Of a stretch of 64,000 nucleotides of DNA, positions 12,001 through 29,323 are shown one piece after another. The stretch lies in assembly GCF_009914755.1 (NCBI RefSeq), contig NC_060925.1. One strand, written 5' to 3'. The position numbers were made by a program, and so were the translations under genes. Every line of letters starts with the position of its first letter. Within the stretch, counting starts at the first letter, position 1. Below the pieces are notes generated by a model. That model was not told where the DNA came from, ran no database searches, and worked only from the letters and a program-made list of their open reading frames with translations. The stretch is from the human T2T-CHM13v2.0 reference genome, Homo sapiens.

Positions 12001-15000
12001 CATCCAGCCAGCCAGGCCAGCCTGCCACCCAGCCAGCCAAGCCAGACAAGCCAGCCAAGCCAGCTAGCCACCCAGCCAGCCAGGCCAGCCAGCCACCCAG
12101 CCAGCCAGGCCAGCCAGCCACCCAGCCAGCCCAGACAGCCAAGCCTGCCAAACCAGCCTGCCAGCCAAGCCAGCCAAGCCAGCCAGCCTGCCAAGCCATC
12201 CAGGCAACCCAGCCAGCCAAGATAGCCAAGCCAGCTGGCCAGCCAAGCTAGCCAATCCACTCAGCCACTCAAGCCAGCCAAGTCACCTGGCCAGCCAAGC
12301 CAGCCAAGCCAGCCAGCCAGCCCAGACAGCCAAGCCAGCCAAGCCAGCCAAGCCACCCAGCCAGCCAAGCCAGCCAAGCCGCCCAGCCAAGCCGCCCAGC
12401 CAGCCAAGCCAGCCAAGCCGCCCAGCTAGCCAGGCCAGCCACCCAGCCAGTGAGCCAAGCCAGCCAAGCCAGCCAGGCAGCCAAGCCAGCCAAGCCAGCC
12501 AAGCCAGCCAGCCAGCCAGCCAAGCCAGGCATGCCAGCCAAGCCAGCAAAGCCAGGCCTGACAGCCAAGCCAGCCAGGCAGCCAAGCCAGCCAGGCAACC
12601 AAGCCAGCCAAGCCACCCAGCCAGCCAAGCCTGCCAAGCCAGCCAGCAGGCCAGCCAGCCAGCCAAGCCAGCCAGCCACCCAGCCAGCCAGGCCAGCCAG
12701 CCACCCAGCCAGCCAAGCCAGCCAGCCACACAGCAAGCCAGGCCAGCCTGCCACCCAGCCAGCCAAGCCAGCCAAGCCACCCAGCCAGCCAAGGCAGCCA
12801 AGCCAGCCAAGCCATCCATCCTGCCAAGCCATCCGGCCAGCGAAGCTAGCCAATCCACTCGGCCAGCCAAGCCGGCCAAGCCACACGGCCAGCCAAGCCA
12901 GCCCAGCCACCTGGGCAGCCAAACCAGCCAAGCCACCCGGCCAGCCAGCCAGCCAAGCCAGCCAAGCCTGCCAGCCATCCAAGCCAGCCAAGACAGACAG
13001 ACAGCCAGCCAAGCCAGCCAAGGCTGATAGCCACCCAAGCCAGCCAAGCCGACCAACCAGCCAAGCCAGCCAGCCAAGCCAGCCAAGCCACTCAGCCACC
13101 CAGCCAGCCAGGCCAGCCAGCAACCCAGCCAACCCAGACAGCCAAGTCAGCCAGCCAGCCAAGGCAGCCAAGTCAGCCAACCAACCAAGAGAGCCAGCGA
13201 GCCAAGCCAGCCAAGCCACCGGCTAGCCAAGCCACCCAGCCAGCCAGCCAGCCAAACCAGCCAAGCCACCCGGCCAGCCAAGCCAGCCAAGCCAGTCAGC
13301 CAGCCAGACAGCCAGCCAGCCAAGCCAGCCAAGCCAGCCAAGCCAGCCAGCCAGCCAGCCAAGCCAGGCATGCCAGCCAGCCAGCCACGCCAGCCATGCC
13401 AGCCAAGCCAGGCCTGACAGCCAAGCCGGCCAGGCAGCCAAGCCAGCCAGGCAACCAAGCCAGCCAAGCCACCCAGCCAGCCAAGCCAGCCAAGCCAGCC
13501 AGCAGGCCAGCCAGCCAGCCAAGCCAGCCAGCCACCCAGCCAGCCAGGCCAGCCAGCCACACAGCCAGCCAAGCCAGCCAGCCACACAGCAAGCCAGGCC
13601 AGCCTGCCACCCAGCCAGCCAAGCCAGCCAGCCACCCAGCCAGCCAGGCCGGTCAGCCACCCAGCCAGCCAAGCCATGCAAGCCAGGCAGCCAGCCCAGA
13701 CAGCCAAGCCAGCCAGCCTGCCAAGCCAGCCAAGCAAGCCAGCAAGCCAGCCAGCCAGCCAAGCCAGCCAGCCAAACCAGCCAAGCCACCCAGCCAGCCA
13801 AGCCACACAAGATACCCAGCCAGCCAGTCAGCCAAGCCAGCCAACAAGCCAAGCCAGCCAAGCCAGCCACCAGCCAAGCCAGCCAGCCAAGCCTGCCAGC
13901 CATCCAAGCCAGCCAAGACAGACAGACAGCCATCCAAGCCAGCCAAGCCTGATAGCCACCCAAGCCAGCCAAGCTGACCAACCAGCCAAGCCAGCCAGCC
14001 AAGCCAGCCAAGCCACTCAGCCACCCAGCCAGCCAGGCCAGCCAGCAACCCAGCCAACCCAGACAGCCAAGTCAGCCAGCCAGCCAAGGCAGCCAAGCCA
14101 GCCAACCAACCAAGAGAGCCAGCGAGCCAATCCAGCCAAGCATCCCAGCCAGCCAAGCCAGCCAAGCCACACAGCCAGCCAAGCCACCCAAGCCACCCAG
14201 CCAGCCAGGCCCGCCAGCCAGCCAACCAGTGAGCCAAGCCAGCTAAGCCAGCCAGGCAGCCAAGCCAGCCAAGCCAGCCAAGCCACAGAGCCAGCCAAGC
14301 CACCCAAGCCACCCAGCCAGCCAGGCCCGCCAGCCAGCCAACCAGCGAGCCAAGCCAGCTAAGCCAGCCAGGCAGCCAAGCCAGCCAAGCCAGCCAAGAC
14401 CTCCAGCCAGCCAAGACAGGCATGCCAGCCAAGCCAGCCAGGCAGCCAAGCCAGCCAGCAAGCAAAGCCGGGCATGCCAGCCAAGCCATACAGCCAGCTA
14501 AACCAGCCGGCTAGCCAAGCCAGCCAAGCCACCCAGCCAGCCAGGCCCACCAGCCAGCCAGCCAGCAAGCCAAGCCAGCTAAGCCACCCAGGCAGCCAAG
14601 CCAGCCAAGCCAGCCAAGACCTCCAGCCAGCCAAGACAGGCATGCCAGCCAAGCCATCCAGCCAGCTAAGCCAGCCGGCTAGCCAAGCCAGCCAAGCCAC
14701 CCGGCCAGCCAAGCCAGCCAAGCCAGCCAAGCCAGCCAACCAGTCAAGCCAGTCAGCTAGCCAAGCCAGCCAAGTCACATGGCCGGCCAAGCCAGCCGGC
14801 CAACCCAGCCAAGCCAGCCAACCAGCCAAGACAGTCAGCTAGCCAAGCCAGCCAACCAGCCAGCCAGCCAAGCCGGCCGGCCTGCCAGCCAACCAAGCCG
14901 GCCAGACAGCCAAGGCAGCCAAGCCGGCCAGGCAGCCAAGCCAACCAAGCCACCGACCCAGCCAAGCCAGCCAAGCCACCCAGCCAGCCAAGCCAGCCAA

Positions 15001-18000
15001 GCCAGCCAAACCAGCCTGCCAGCCAAGCCAGCCAAGCCATCCAGCCTGCCAAGCCAGCCGGCCAGCCAAGCTAGCCAATCCACTCAGCCACTCAAGCCAG
15101 CCAAGTCACCCGGCCAGCCAAGACAGCCAAGCCAGCCAGCCAGCCCAGACAGCCAAGCCAGCCAAGCCAGCCAAGCCAGCCAAGCCTCCCAGCCAGCCAA
15201 GCCAGCCAAGCCACCCAGCCAGCCAAGCCAGCCAAGCCGCCCAGCCAAGCCGCCCAGCCAGCCAAGCCAGCCAAGCCGCCCAACTAGCCAGGCCAGCCAC
15301 CCAGCCAGTGAGCCAAGACAGCCAAGCCAGCCAGGCAGCCAAGCCAGCCAGCCAGCCAGCCAAGCCAGGCATGCCAGCCAAGCCATCCAGTCAGCGAAGC
15401 CAGCCGGCTACCCAAGCCAGCCAAGCCACACGGCTAGCCAAGCCAGCCAGCCAAGACAGCCAAGCCAGCCAACCAGCCAAGCCAGTCAGCTAGCCAAGCC
15501 AGCCAACCAGCCAGCCAGCCAAGCCGGCCGGCCTGCCAGCCAACCAAGCCGGCCAGACAGCCAAGGCAGCCAAGCCGGCCAGGCAGCCAAGCCAGCCAAG
15601 CCACCGACCCAGCCAAGCCACCCAGCCAGCCAAGACAGCCACGCCAGCCAAACCAGCCTGCCAGCCAAGCCAGCCAAGCCATCCAGCCTGCCAAGCCAGC
15701 CGGCCAGCCAAGCTAGCCAATCCACTCACCCACTCAAGCCAGCCAAGTCACCCGGCCAGCCAAGCCAGCCAAGCCAGCCAGCCAGCCCAGACAGCCAAGC
15801 CAGCCAAGCCACCCAGCCAGCCAAGCCAGCCAAGCCACCCAGCCAGCCAAGCCAGCCAGCAAGCCAGCCAGACAGCCAAGCCAGCCAGCCACCCAGCCGG
15901 CCAGGCCAGCCAGCCACCCAGCCAGCCAAGCCAGCCAGCCATCCAGCCAGCCAGGCCAGCCTGCCACCCAGCCAGCCAAGCCAGACAAGCCAGCCAAGCC
16001 AGCTAGCCACCCAGCCAGCCAGGCCAGCCAGCCACCCAGCCAGCCCACACAGCCAAGTCAGCCAGCCAGCCAAGGCAGCCAAGACAGCCAACCAAACAAG
16101 AGAGCCAGCCAACCAAGCCAGCCAAGCCAGCCAGCTAGCCAAGCCACCCAGCCAGCCAGCCAGCCAAACCAGCCAAGCCACCCAACCAGCCAAGCCAGCC
16201 AAGCCAGTCAGCCAGCCAAGCAGCCAGCCAGCCAAGCCTCCCAGCCAGCCAAGCCAGCCAAGCCAGTCAGCCAGCCAGCCAAGCCTCCCAGCCAGCCAAG
16301 CCAGCCAAGCCACGCAGCCAGCCAAGCCAGCCAAGCCACAGAGCCAGCCAGGCCAGCCAAGCCACCCAGCAAGAAAGGCCCGCCAGCCAACCAGCCAGCG
16401 AGCCAAGCCAGCCAAGCCTGCCAGCCAGCCAAGCCAGCCAAGACAGACAGCCAGCCAAGCCAGCCAAGCCTGATAGCCACCCAAGGCAGCCAAGCCAGCC
16501 AACCAGCCAAGCCAGCCAGCCAGCCAAGCCAGCCAAGCCAGCCAGCCTGCCAAGCCATCCAGGCAACCCAGCCAGCCAAGACAGCCAAGCCTGCCAAACC
16601 AGCCTGCCAGCCAAGCCAGCCAAGCCAGCCAGCCTGCCAAGCCATCCAGGCAACCCAGCCAGCCAAGACAGCCAAGCCAGCCAAGCCAGCCAGCCTGCCA
16701 AGCCATCCAGGCAACCCAGCCAGCCAAGACAGCCAAGCCAGCTGGCCAGCCAAGCTAGCCAATCCACTCAGCCACTCAAGCCAGCCAAGTCACCTGTCCA
16801 GCCAAGCCAGCCAAGCCAGCCAGCCAGCCCAGACAGCCAAGCCAGCCAAGCCAGCCAAGCCACCCAGCCAAGCCGCCCAGCCAGCCAAGCCAGCCAAGCC
16901 GCCCAGCTAGCCAGGCCAGCCACCCAGCCAGTGAGCCAAGCCAGCCAAGCCAGCCAGGCAGCCAAGCCAGCCAAGCCAACCAAGCCAGCCAGCCAGCCAG
17001 CCAAGCCAGGCATGCCAGCCAAGCCGGCCAAGCCAGGCCTGACAGCCAAGCCAGCCAGGCAGCCAAGCCAGCCAGGCAACCAAGCCAGCCAAGCCACCCA
17101 GCCACACAGCAAACCAGGCCAGCCTGCCACCCAGCCAGCCAAGCCAGCCAGCCACCCAGCCAGCCAGGCCGGTCAGCCACCCAGCCAGCCAAGCCATGCA
17201 AGCCAGCCAGCCAGCCCAGACAGCCAAGCCGGCCAAGCCAGCCAAGCCACCCAGCCAGCCAAGCCGCCCAGCCAAGCCGCCCAGCCAGCCAAGCCAGCCA
17301 AGCCAGCCAGCAGGCCAGCCAGCCAGCCAAGCCAGCCAGCCACCCAGCCAGCCAGGCCACCCAGCCACCCAGCCAGCCAAGCCAGCCAGCCACACAGCAA
17401 GCCAGGCCAGCCTGCCACCCAGCCAGCCAAGCCAGCCAGCCACCCAGCCAGCCAGGCCGGTCAGCCACCCAGCCAGCCAAGCCATGCAAGCCAGCCAGCC
17501 AGCCCAGACAGCCAAGCCAGCCAGCCAGCCAAGCCAGCCAAGCAAGCCAGCAAGCCAGCCAGCCAAGCCAGCCAGCCAAACCAGCCAAGCCACCCAGCCA
17601 GCCAAGCCACCCAAGATACCCAGCCAGCTGTCAGCCAAGCCAGCCAACTAGCCAAGCCAGCCAAGCCAGCCACCAGCCAAGCCAGCCAGCCAAGCCAGCC
17701 AACCAGCCAAGCCAGCCAGCTAGCCAAGCCACCCAGCCAGCCAGCCAGCCAAACCAGCCAAGCCAGCCAGCCAGCCAAGCCACCCAGCCAGCCAAGCCAG
17801 CCAAGCCAATCAGCCAGCCAGGCAGCCAGCCACCCAAGCCAGCCAAGCCACCCAAGCCAGCCAAGCCTGCCAGCCAGCCAGCCAGCCAGCCAAGCCAGCC
17901 AAGCCTCCCAGCCAGCCAAGCCAGCCAAGCCACCCAGCCAGCCAAGCCAGCCAAGCCACCTAGCCAGCCAGGCCTGCCAGCCAGCCAGCCAGCGAGCCAA

Positions 18001-18729
18001 GCCAGCCAAGCCAGCCAGGCAGCCAAGCCAGCCAAGCCAGTCAAGCCCGCCAGCCAGCCAAGACAGGCATGCCAGCCAAGCCAGCCAGGCAGCCAAGCCA
18101 GCCAAGCCAGCCAGCAAGCAAAGCCAGGCATGCCAGCCAAGCCAGCCAGGCAGCCAAGCCAGCAAAACCAGCCAGTCAGCCAAGACAGGCATGCCAGCCA
18201 AGCCATCCAGCCAGCTAAGCCAGCCGGCTAGCCAAGCCAGACAAGCCACCCGGCCATCCAAGCCAGCCAGCCAAGCCAACCAAGCCAGCCAACCAGCCAA
18301 GCCAGTCAGCTAGCCAAGCCAGCCAACCAGCCAGCCAGCCAAGCCGGCCGGCCTGCCAGCCAACCAAGCCGGCCAGACAGCCAAGGCAGCCAAGCCGGCC
18401 AGGCAGCCAAGCCAGCCAAGCCACCGACCCAGCCAAGCCAGCCAAGCCACCCAGCCAGCCAAGCCAGCCAAGCCAGCCAATCCAGCCTGCCAGCCAAGCC
18501 AGCCAAGCCATCCAGCCTGCCAAGCCAGCCGGCCAGCCAAGCTAGCCAATCCACTCAGCCATTCAAGCCAGCAAAGTCACCCGGCCAGCCAAGCCAGCCA
18601 AGCCAGCCAGCCAGCCCAGACAGCCAAGCCAGGCAGCCAGCCAAGCCAGCCAGCCAGCCAAGCCAGGCATCCAGCCAAGCCAGTCAAGCCACACAGCCAG
18701 CCAAGCCAGCCAGCCAGCCAAGCCAGCCA

Positions 18730-18762
<33 letters not shown>

Positions 18763-20138
18763 AGCCAGCCAGCCACCCAGCCAGCCAGGCCAGCCAGCCA
18801 CCCAGCCAGCCAAGCCAGCCAGCCACCCAGCCAGCCAGGCTGGTCAGCCACCCAGCCAGCCAAGCCATGCAAGCCAGGCAGCCAGCCCAGACAGCCAAAC
18901 CAGCCAGCCAGCCAAGCCAGCCAAGCAAGCCAGCAAGCCAGCCAGCCAAGCCAGCCAGCCAAACCAGCCAAGCCACCCAGCCAGCCAAGCCACCCAAGAC
19001 ACCCAGCCAGCCAGCCAGCCAAGCCAGCCAAGCCACCCAGCCAGCCAGCCAAGCCAGCCAACTAGCCAAGCCAGTCAAGCCAGCCACCAGCCAAGCCAGC
19101 CAAGCCTGCCAGCCAGCCAAGCCAGCCAAGCCAGCCAAGCCAGGCAGCCAGCCAAGCCAGCCAGCCGGCCAAGCCAGCCAAGCCACCCAGCCAGCCATGC
19201 CAGCCAAGCCACCCAGCCATCCAAGCCTGACAAGCCACCCAACCAGCCAAGGCAGCCAAGCCAGCCAAGCCATCCAGCCTGCCAAGCCAGCTGGCCAGCC
19301 AAGCTAGCCAATCCACTTGACCAGCCAAGCCGGTGAAGCCACTCAGCCAGCCAAGCCAGCCAAGCCACCTGGGCAGCCAAACCAGCCAAGCCACCCGGCC
19401 AGACAGCCAGCCAAGCCAGCCAAGCCTGCCAGCCAGCCAAGCCAGCCAAGATAGACAGCCAGCCAAGCCAGCCAAGCCTGATAGCCACCCAAGCCTGCCA
19501 AGCCAGCCAGCCAGCCAAGCCATCCAAGCAACCCAGCCAGCCAAGACAGCCAAGCCAGCTAGCCAGCCCAGACAGCCAAGCCAGCCAAGCCAGCCAAGCC
19601 TCCCAGCCAGCCAAGCCAGCCAAGGCAACCAGCCAGCCAGCCAAGCCAGCTAAGCCACCCGGCCATCCAGCCAGCCAAGCCAGCCAAGCCAGCCAAGCCA
19701 GCCAGGAAGATAGCCAAGCCAGCCAACCAGCCCAGCGAGTCAGCTAGCCAAGCAAGCCAACCAGCCAGCCAGCCAAGCAGCAAAGCCAGTCAGCTAGCCA
19801 AGCCAGACAACCAGCCAGCCAGCCAAGCCGGCCGGCCTGCCAGCCAGCCAAGCCGGCCAGACAGCCAAGGCAGCCAAGCCAGCCAAACCAGCCTGCCAGC
19901 CAAGCCAGCCAAGCCAGCCAAGCCAGCCAAGTCATCCATCCTGCCAAGCCAGCCGGCCAACCAAGCTAGCCAATCCACTCAGCCACCCAAGCCAGCCATG
20001 TCCCACGGCCAGCCAAGTCAGCCAAGCTACCTGGACAGCCAAACTAGGCAAGCCAGCCAAGCCTGCCAGCCAGCCAAGCCAGCCAAGCCAGCCAAGCAGC
20101 CAAGCCAGCCAGCCAGCGAAGCCAGCCAAGACAGCCAG
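1..20138. repeat. Pericentromeric CAGC/CAAGC-based tandem satellite (GCCAAGCCA-type units) with higher-order structure; runs off the left edge of the window
   Basis: Continuous mixture of 4-mer CAGC and 5-mer CAAGC units, with T very rare on the + strand. A landmark GCTAGCCAATCCACTCAGCCACTCAAGCCAGCCAAGTCACC recurs about 20 times including variants. All ORFs here are low-complexity PASQ or WLAG repeats. Confidence 0.97.
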
Positions 20139-20182
20139 CACACTCACACACACACACTCACACGTACACACACTCACCACCC
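20139..20182. repeat. Imperfect (CA)n microsatellite capping the satellite
   Basis: cacactcacacacacactcacacgtacacacactcaccacc directly follows the last CAGC unit. Confidence 0.85.
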
Positions 20183-20367
20183 CATGCCAAGAAGATACAC
20201 AGAAAACTCACTCACCTTTCACTTGAGTTTGCAAATTTGGAGCTGACTTAATGAAGGAAAAAAAAATTGCAGCTACAAAGTAACACAGAGCCAATGAAAA
20301 GACAAAAACCACCATTAGATTTTCTTCTTTTCTAAAGTTTTATTTTATTTTTAAGAGTCATCGTTCG

Positions 20368-20661
<294 letters not shown>

Positions 20662-20731
20662 CTCCATAACGATTGTACACATTTATGACATATAATATAC
20701 TGTTTCCAAGCACGTGTATATCATGTAATGA

Positions 20732-21190
<459 letters not shown>

Positions 21191-21463
21191 TAAACGGTGG
21201 GTTGCCCAATTCCTGCTGCCATGAAGTACTTCAGCTTACAGCAGAAAGCCAGGCGCAGACACCATGCTTTATTTCTATTTCTACGAACAAGAAGCGTCTC
21301 TTGCAGTCTGCAATATTTGTCGTCAAAAATTTCACTGGGTGTTGTATCAAATCAGCCACCTCTATAGAGTGTGATCGTTGACAATTTTTTGTTACATCCC
21401 GATGGCCGTTTTACCTGGACCATTTTCTTCCTTTCATGGGTGAAGCAAAACTCCTTGGTAGAC

Positions 21464-21764
21464 TTTTTTTTTGAGACAGAGTCTCGCTCTGTCGCTCTGT
21501 TGCCCAGGCTGGAGTGCAGTGGTGCGATGTCGACTCACTGCAACCTCCGCCTCCCCCGGGTTCACACCATTCTCCTGCCTCAGCCTCCCCAGTAGCTCGG
21601 ACTACAGGCACCCACCCACCATGTCCACCTAATTTTTTTGTATTTTTAGTAGAGACAGGGTTTCACCGTTTTAGCCAGGATGGTCTCGTATCCTGACCTC
21701 GTGATCCGCCCGCCTCGGCCTCCCAAAGTTCTGGGATTACACGTGTGAGCCACCGCACCAGGCC
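21464..21764 (-). mobile_element. Alu (AluY-like)
   Basis: ttcacaccattctcc and ttagccaggatggtctcg...gacctcgtgatccgcccgcc are young-subfamily-like positions. Confidence 0.9.
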
Positions 21765-22154
21765 AATGTGATGATTATCTATGGATATACCCTGATCATC
21801 AGCAGGAGGAAATGAAGAGGTATTGGTTAAAAATACAAAGTTGCAGTTACGCAGGATGAATAAGTACTAATTTGTAACAATTCAGTATGAAACAGTGTGA
21901 CCGTGGTTAACAAGGCTCTGCTCTATGCCTGACATCTGAGAACAGAGGAATTGAAGTCTGAACTTTGTCCAGAAGAGGATGGCTTTGTAGGCTTTGCTGA
22001 GCATGCTGAATTCACGGTTTCCGGGTCAGCCCCTGGGCTGCCCAGGGACAGGGTGGAAACCCTGCCCCAGAAAGTCCAGGAGCCAGGAACCTGCTTAGAG
22101 ACACATTTCAACAAGGAAAACCACACTCAGGCCGGCCTCCTTAAAAACACATAG

Positions 22155-22320
22155 GCCCGGCGCGGTGGCTCAAGCCTGTAATTCCAGCACTTTGGGAGGC
22201 TGAGGCAGGTGGATTGCCTGAGTTCAGGAGTTCGAGGCTGCGGTGAGCTATGATTGCACTCCAGCCTGGGCAACAGAGTGAGACCCTGTCTCAAAGAAAT
22301 AAACAAATAAATGAATAAGC
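22155..22320 (+). mobile_element. Alu monomer (FRAM-like or left/right-arm hybrid) with A-rich tail
   Basis: An Alu 5' start runs directly into the right-arm end (gaggctgcggtgagctatgattgcactccagcctgggcaacagagtgagaccctgtctc) with no A-rich linker. Confidence 0.75.
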
Positions 22321-23074
22321 AAGCAAGCAATTTTTAAGTTGAACATCAGTTCTCTACTTGACTCTAGAGTTAAATAGGCATCCAGTTGCTTTTTGTGTTT
22401 ATTTTTATATTCACTGCTTTTGCCTGCAACTGTGTTTCTGGTTCTAAGTAAATATAACGTATGCTACTGGTACACATACGTCTTAGGCAACATATATTTC
22501 ATTCACTGGATTGTTAGCTCTGTTTTGTTTTGTCACTACTTTAGTCCCAGTACCAATAACTGTGCCAGGCACAAAGTAGGTGTTTAGCTAATATTGTTAA
22601 ATGAAGAAATACAAATATTTGATTTTATCACTTGAATCCTCATTTATTAGTACTGCACTATCTTTTCTTAGCTGTTTTTGTGAACATATGTGTGCTGCTT
22701 TTTTACCCTAACTAGATTGGAAGTACATTGTGGGTAGAAACTTGGTTTTATTTGTTTTTCCTATATTCTCCTTTACAGCAGTTTAGACCTGATGGGAAGT
22801 AGGTATTTCCCAAACACGTGATTGAACTGAAATACATTGGTAGATTTCATTTTATCAGGAGACTGCCAAAAGTATAGTCATAAATAAGGAATTTGGAAGA
22901 GAATCAAAAAGCTAGTATGTACTCATCTGTCAGCTTGAAGGCCTGTATAAGACTCCATACTTCTGTGGAGTAAAAAGGGTAGGGTTCTGGGGCTGGACGC
23001 GGTAGCTCACACCTGTAATCCCAACACTTTGGGGAAAAAAAGAGGGTTCTGGGACTATTCTTTGCTTCTTCTTC

Positions 23075-23406
<332 letters not shown>

Positions 23407-23491
23407 CTATTTCCTGCTTTTTGTTTTGTTTTGTTTTGCTTTGCTTTGTTTTTTGTTTTTGGCCTTCTAACTGTGTTACAAATGGTTTAAG

Positions 23492-23660
23492 TCAGTGGTT
23501 CTCCAAGGGTGGTCCCAGATCAGCAGCATTATCACCTGGGTACTTACTAGAAATGCAAATTCTTGGGCCCCACTCCAGACCTACTGAATGAGCAACTCTG
23601 AGGGTAGAACCTAAAAAATTGTGTTTTAACAAGTCATCTGGGTGATTCTGTTGGTAAAGT
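23492..23660. mobile_element. MER5A-like hAT-Charlie DNA transposon fragment
   Basis: cagtggttctc...agaaatgcaaattcttgggccccactccagacctactgaat...tgtgttttaacaag...ggtgattctg resembles the MER5A consensus. Confidence 0.8.
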
Positions 23661-23686
23661 TTGATGTCACCAAATGATAATGATGC

Positions 23687-27225
<3,539 letters not shown>

Positions 27226-28596
27226 TCTGATTATACTTTTAATTGTAATTTCTCTTATGCTTGAAGTTGAACATATACAGTAAAGACTTTACGGTATTGT
27301 AGGCTGAAGTTTCAGAATCATCCAGGACCAATGATGTTAGCAGAAATGCAAAACTAGCCAAGGAGTATCGAGAGGACAAAATTGATAATTGATATTGTTA
27401 TTACCTTCAAAGTTTGATTGCATTGATTAGCTTATTATTTTTATTAAAATCATTTTAAAGAGCATATAAAGTTCTATGCCAAAGCATGTTTGGCCTGACA
27501 AGTTGGGCTGTCACTTCCTTTTGACAAGACTTTCATTTTTATCAGCTTTAAATGCATGTGTCATTACTATTCTGGTTAGGTAACATAATTATCCCACTGC
27601 AGAATATATAATTTCAAAAGAGTCTTGTGGATATTTGATGCCTTTTCCTCTGAAAACAATTGAATTGTTTTCAGACCACTTTTATTTCAGTAAGATAAAT
27701 GTAATCCTTCCTTTAATTGTAATGTAGAATTTAAGAGCATATTGAAATGAAAAGAAAAGCTCAACACTACCTATATTTTGAAAGTTATAAGAGACTAGAT
27801 AAGTTGGATTTTATGTTTCTTGTGGTACCGAATAGAAACAAAGGTCATTCAAACTAAGTTTGAATGAGAATTAAGTTTAATGGCTCACTTGCTAAACCTG
27901 GGTTGCACAATCCTCACAATTCCTTAGGGATGTGGCAAGGTCATCCTTAAATGTAAAGTTCTTGCTCACTTAATGGAAAGCACTGTAGATACATAAATAA
28001 CATTGTTACCTGTCTTAGTGGGTCAGTATAAAAGACGGGGGTGGTGGTATATGTGAGAATAGTGAAATTTATAGCTAGTTTTGAGGCCCTTGTGACTTTT
28101 AAGAGGTATTATGAGTCACTTTAACAAGTTAGTGTTTGTGACATAGTTTCAATTTCTTATGTGAAAGATAGTATTTCAGTTGTAAATGTTCTTTTAATAT
28201 TCTGGAGAGCTACTCTTTCCTAGCCCCTCTGTTTTACTGACTTTAAAAGTTGTTTACAGTTTGTTTCATGTTCAAATGTAGGGTTTTAGTAATTCCTTGG
28301 GGTGGGGGGCAGGAATGGGCAGAAGGCCATTGTCTCTAATTTTCCTTTTCCCAACTTTCACTTTCTTTTTTCTATGGATTACATGTCAAGGTGGGTGAGA
28401 AAAATGGTGGGGATTGAGAAAAGGGAGCAATTTATTTTTTGTAGGGGAGGTCCAAAATAAAGTCACTTAAGGAATCTGTCATAAAATTTAAATATATGAT
28501 GAAGCTTGTGCAAGGGGATTATAAGAACTGATTTTACTTTAACCCTTCCTGCTTTATAAAAAGATCTTGTTGATGGCAAAAAGACAAACGCTTTAG

Positions 28597-28935
<339 letters not shown>

Positions 28936-29219
28936 TAGTTGTTTTATATTGTAGACTCTTAATTGATGTGGACTATGTGTTGTAAAATCCCTACCCTGAA
29001 GTACAATGCATTTAGATGTCCCCCCGCCCTTTTTAACTTAAATCCTTTTTCCCCCTTGCAGTCAGTGCATTTTTATATTTCTACATGCTTTGTGAGAAAT
29101 GTGTAAAGGAAATATTTTTGCATCTAATTGTTCTAACTTCCAAAGGTTCTTTACTGAGTTAAAAAAAACTGTTTTTTTTTTGGTCTAAACTGAATTTTGT
29201 CTGTCTTTCCCCTACTCAG

Positions 29220-29323
29220 GCCCAGATTACCTTCCTACAGGGAGAAAGGAAGGGCCAAGAAAATTTGAAGAAGGATCTTGTGAGGAGGATCAAAATGTTG
29301 GAGTATGCTCTTAAACAGGAAAG
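29220..29323 (+). pseudogene. STRN: Isolated unprocessed striatin exon (STRN exon 2-like, N-terminal coiled coil) in a duplicated genomic fragment
   Basis: Pyrimidine tract + ctcag|GCC...GAAAG|gtaatt defines a 104-nt exon translating AQITFLQGERKGQENLKKDLVRRIKMLEYALKQE(R), the striatin-family coiled coil. 'AQI' matches STRN rather than STRN3 (ARI) or STRN4 (AQV) as recalled. No other STRN exon was seen in the window. Confidence 0.88.

Noticed and set aside
1270-19990. Recurring landmark motif that could suggest a CRISPR-like repeat/spacer array
   Set aside because: The intervals are hundreds to thousands of bp of the same satellite rather than unique spacers; eukaryotic context and no cas genes.
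208-20246. Dozens of long ORFs (PASQ/QPAK-rich on +, WLAG-rich on -), up to 564 aa
   Set aside because: These are translations of a stop-poor satellite in all frames; no splice or gene structure and no domain.
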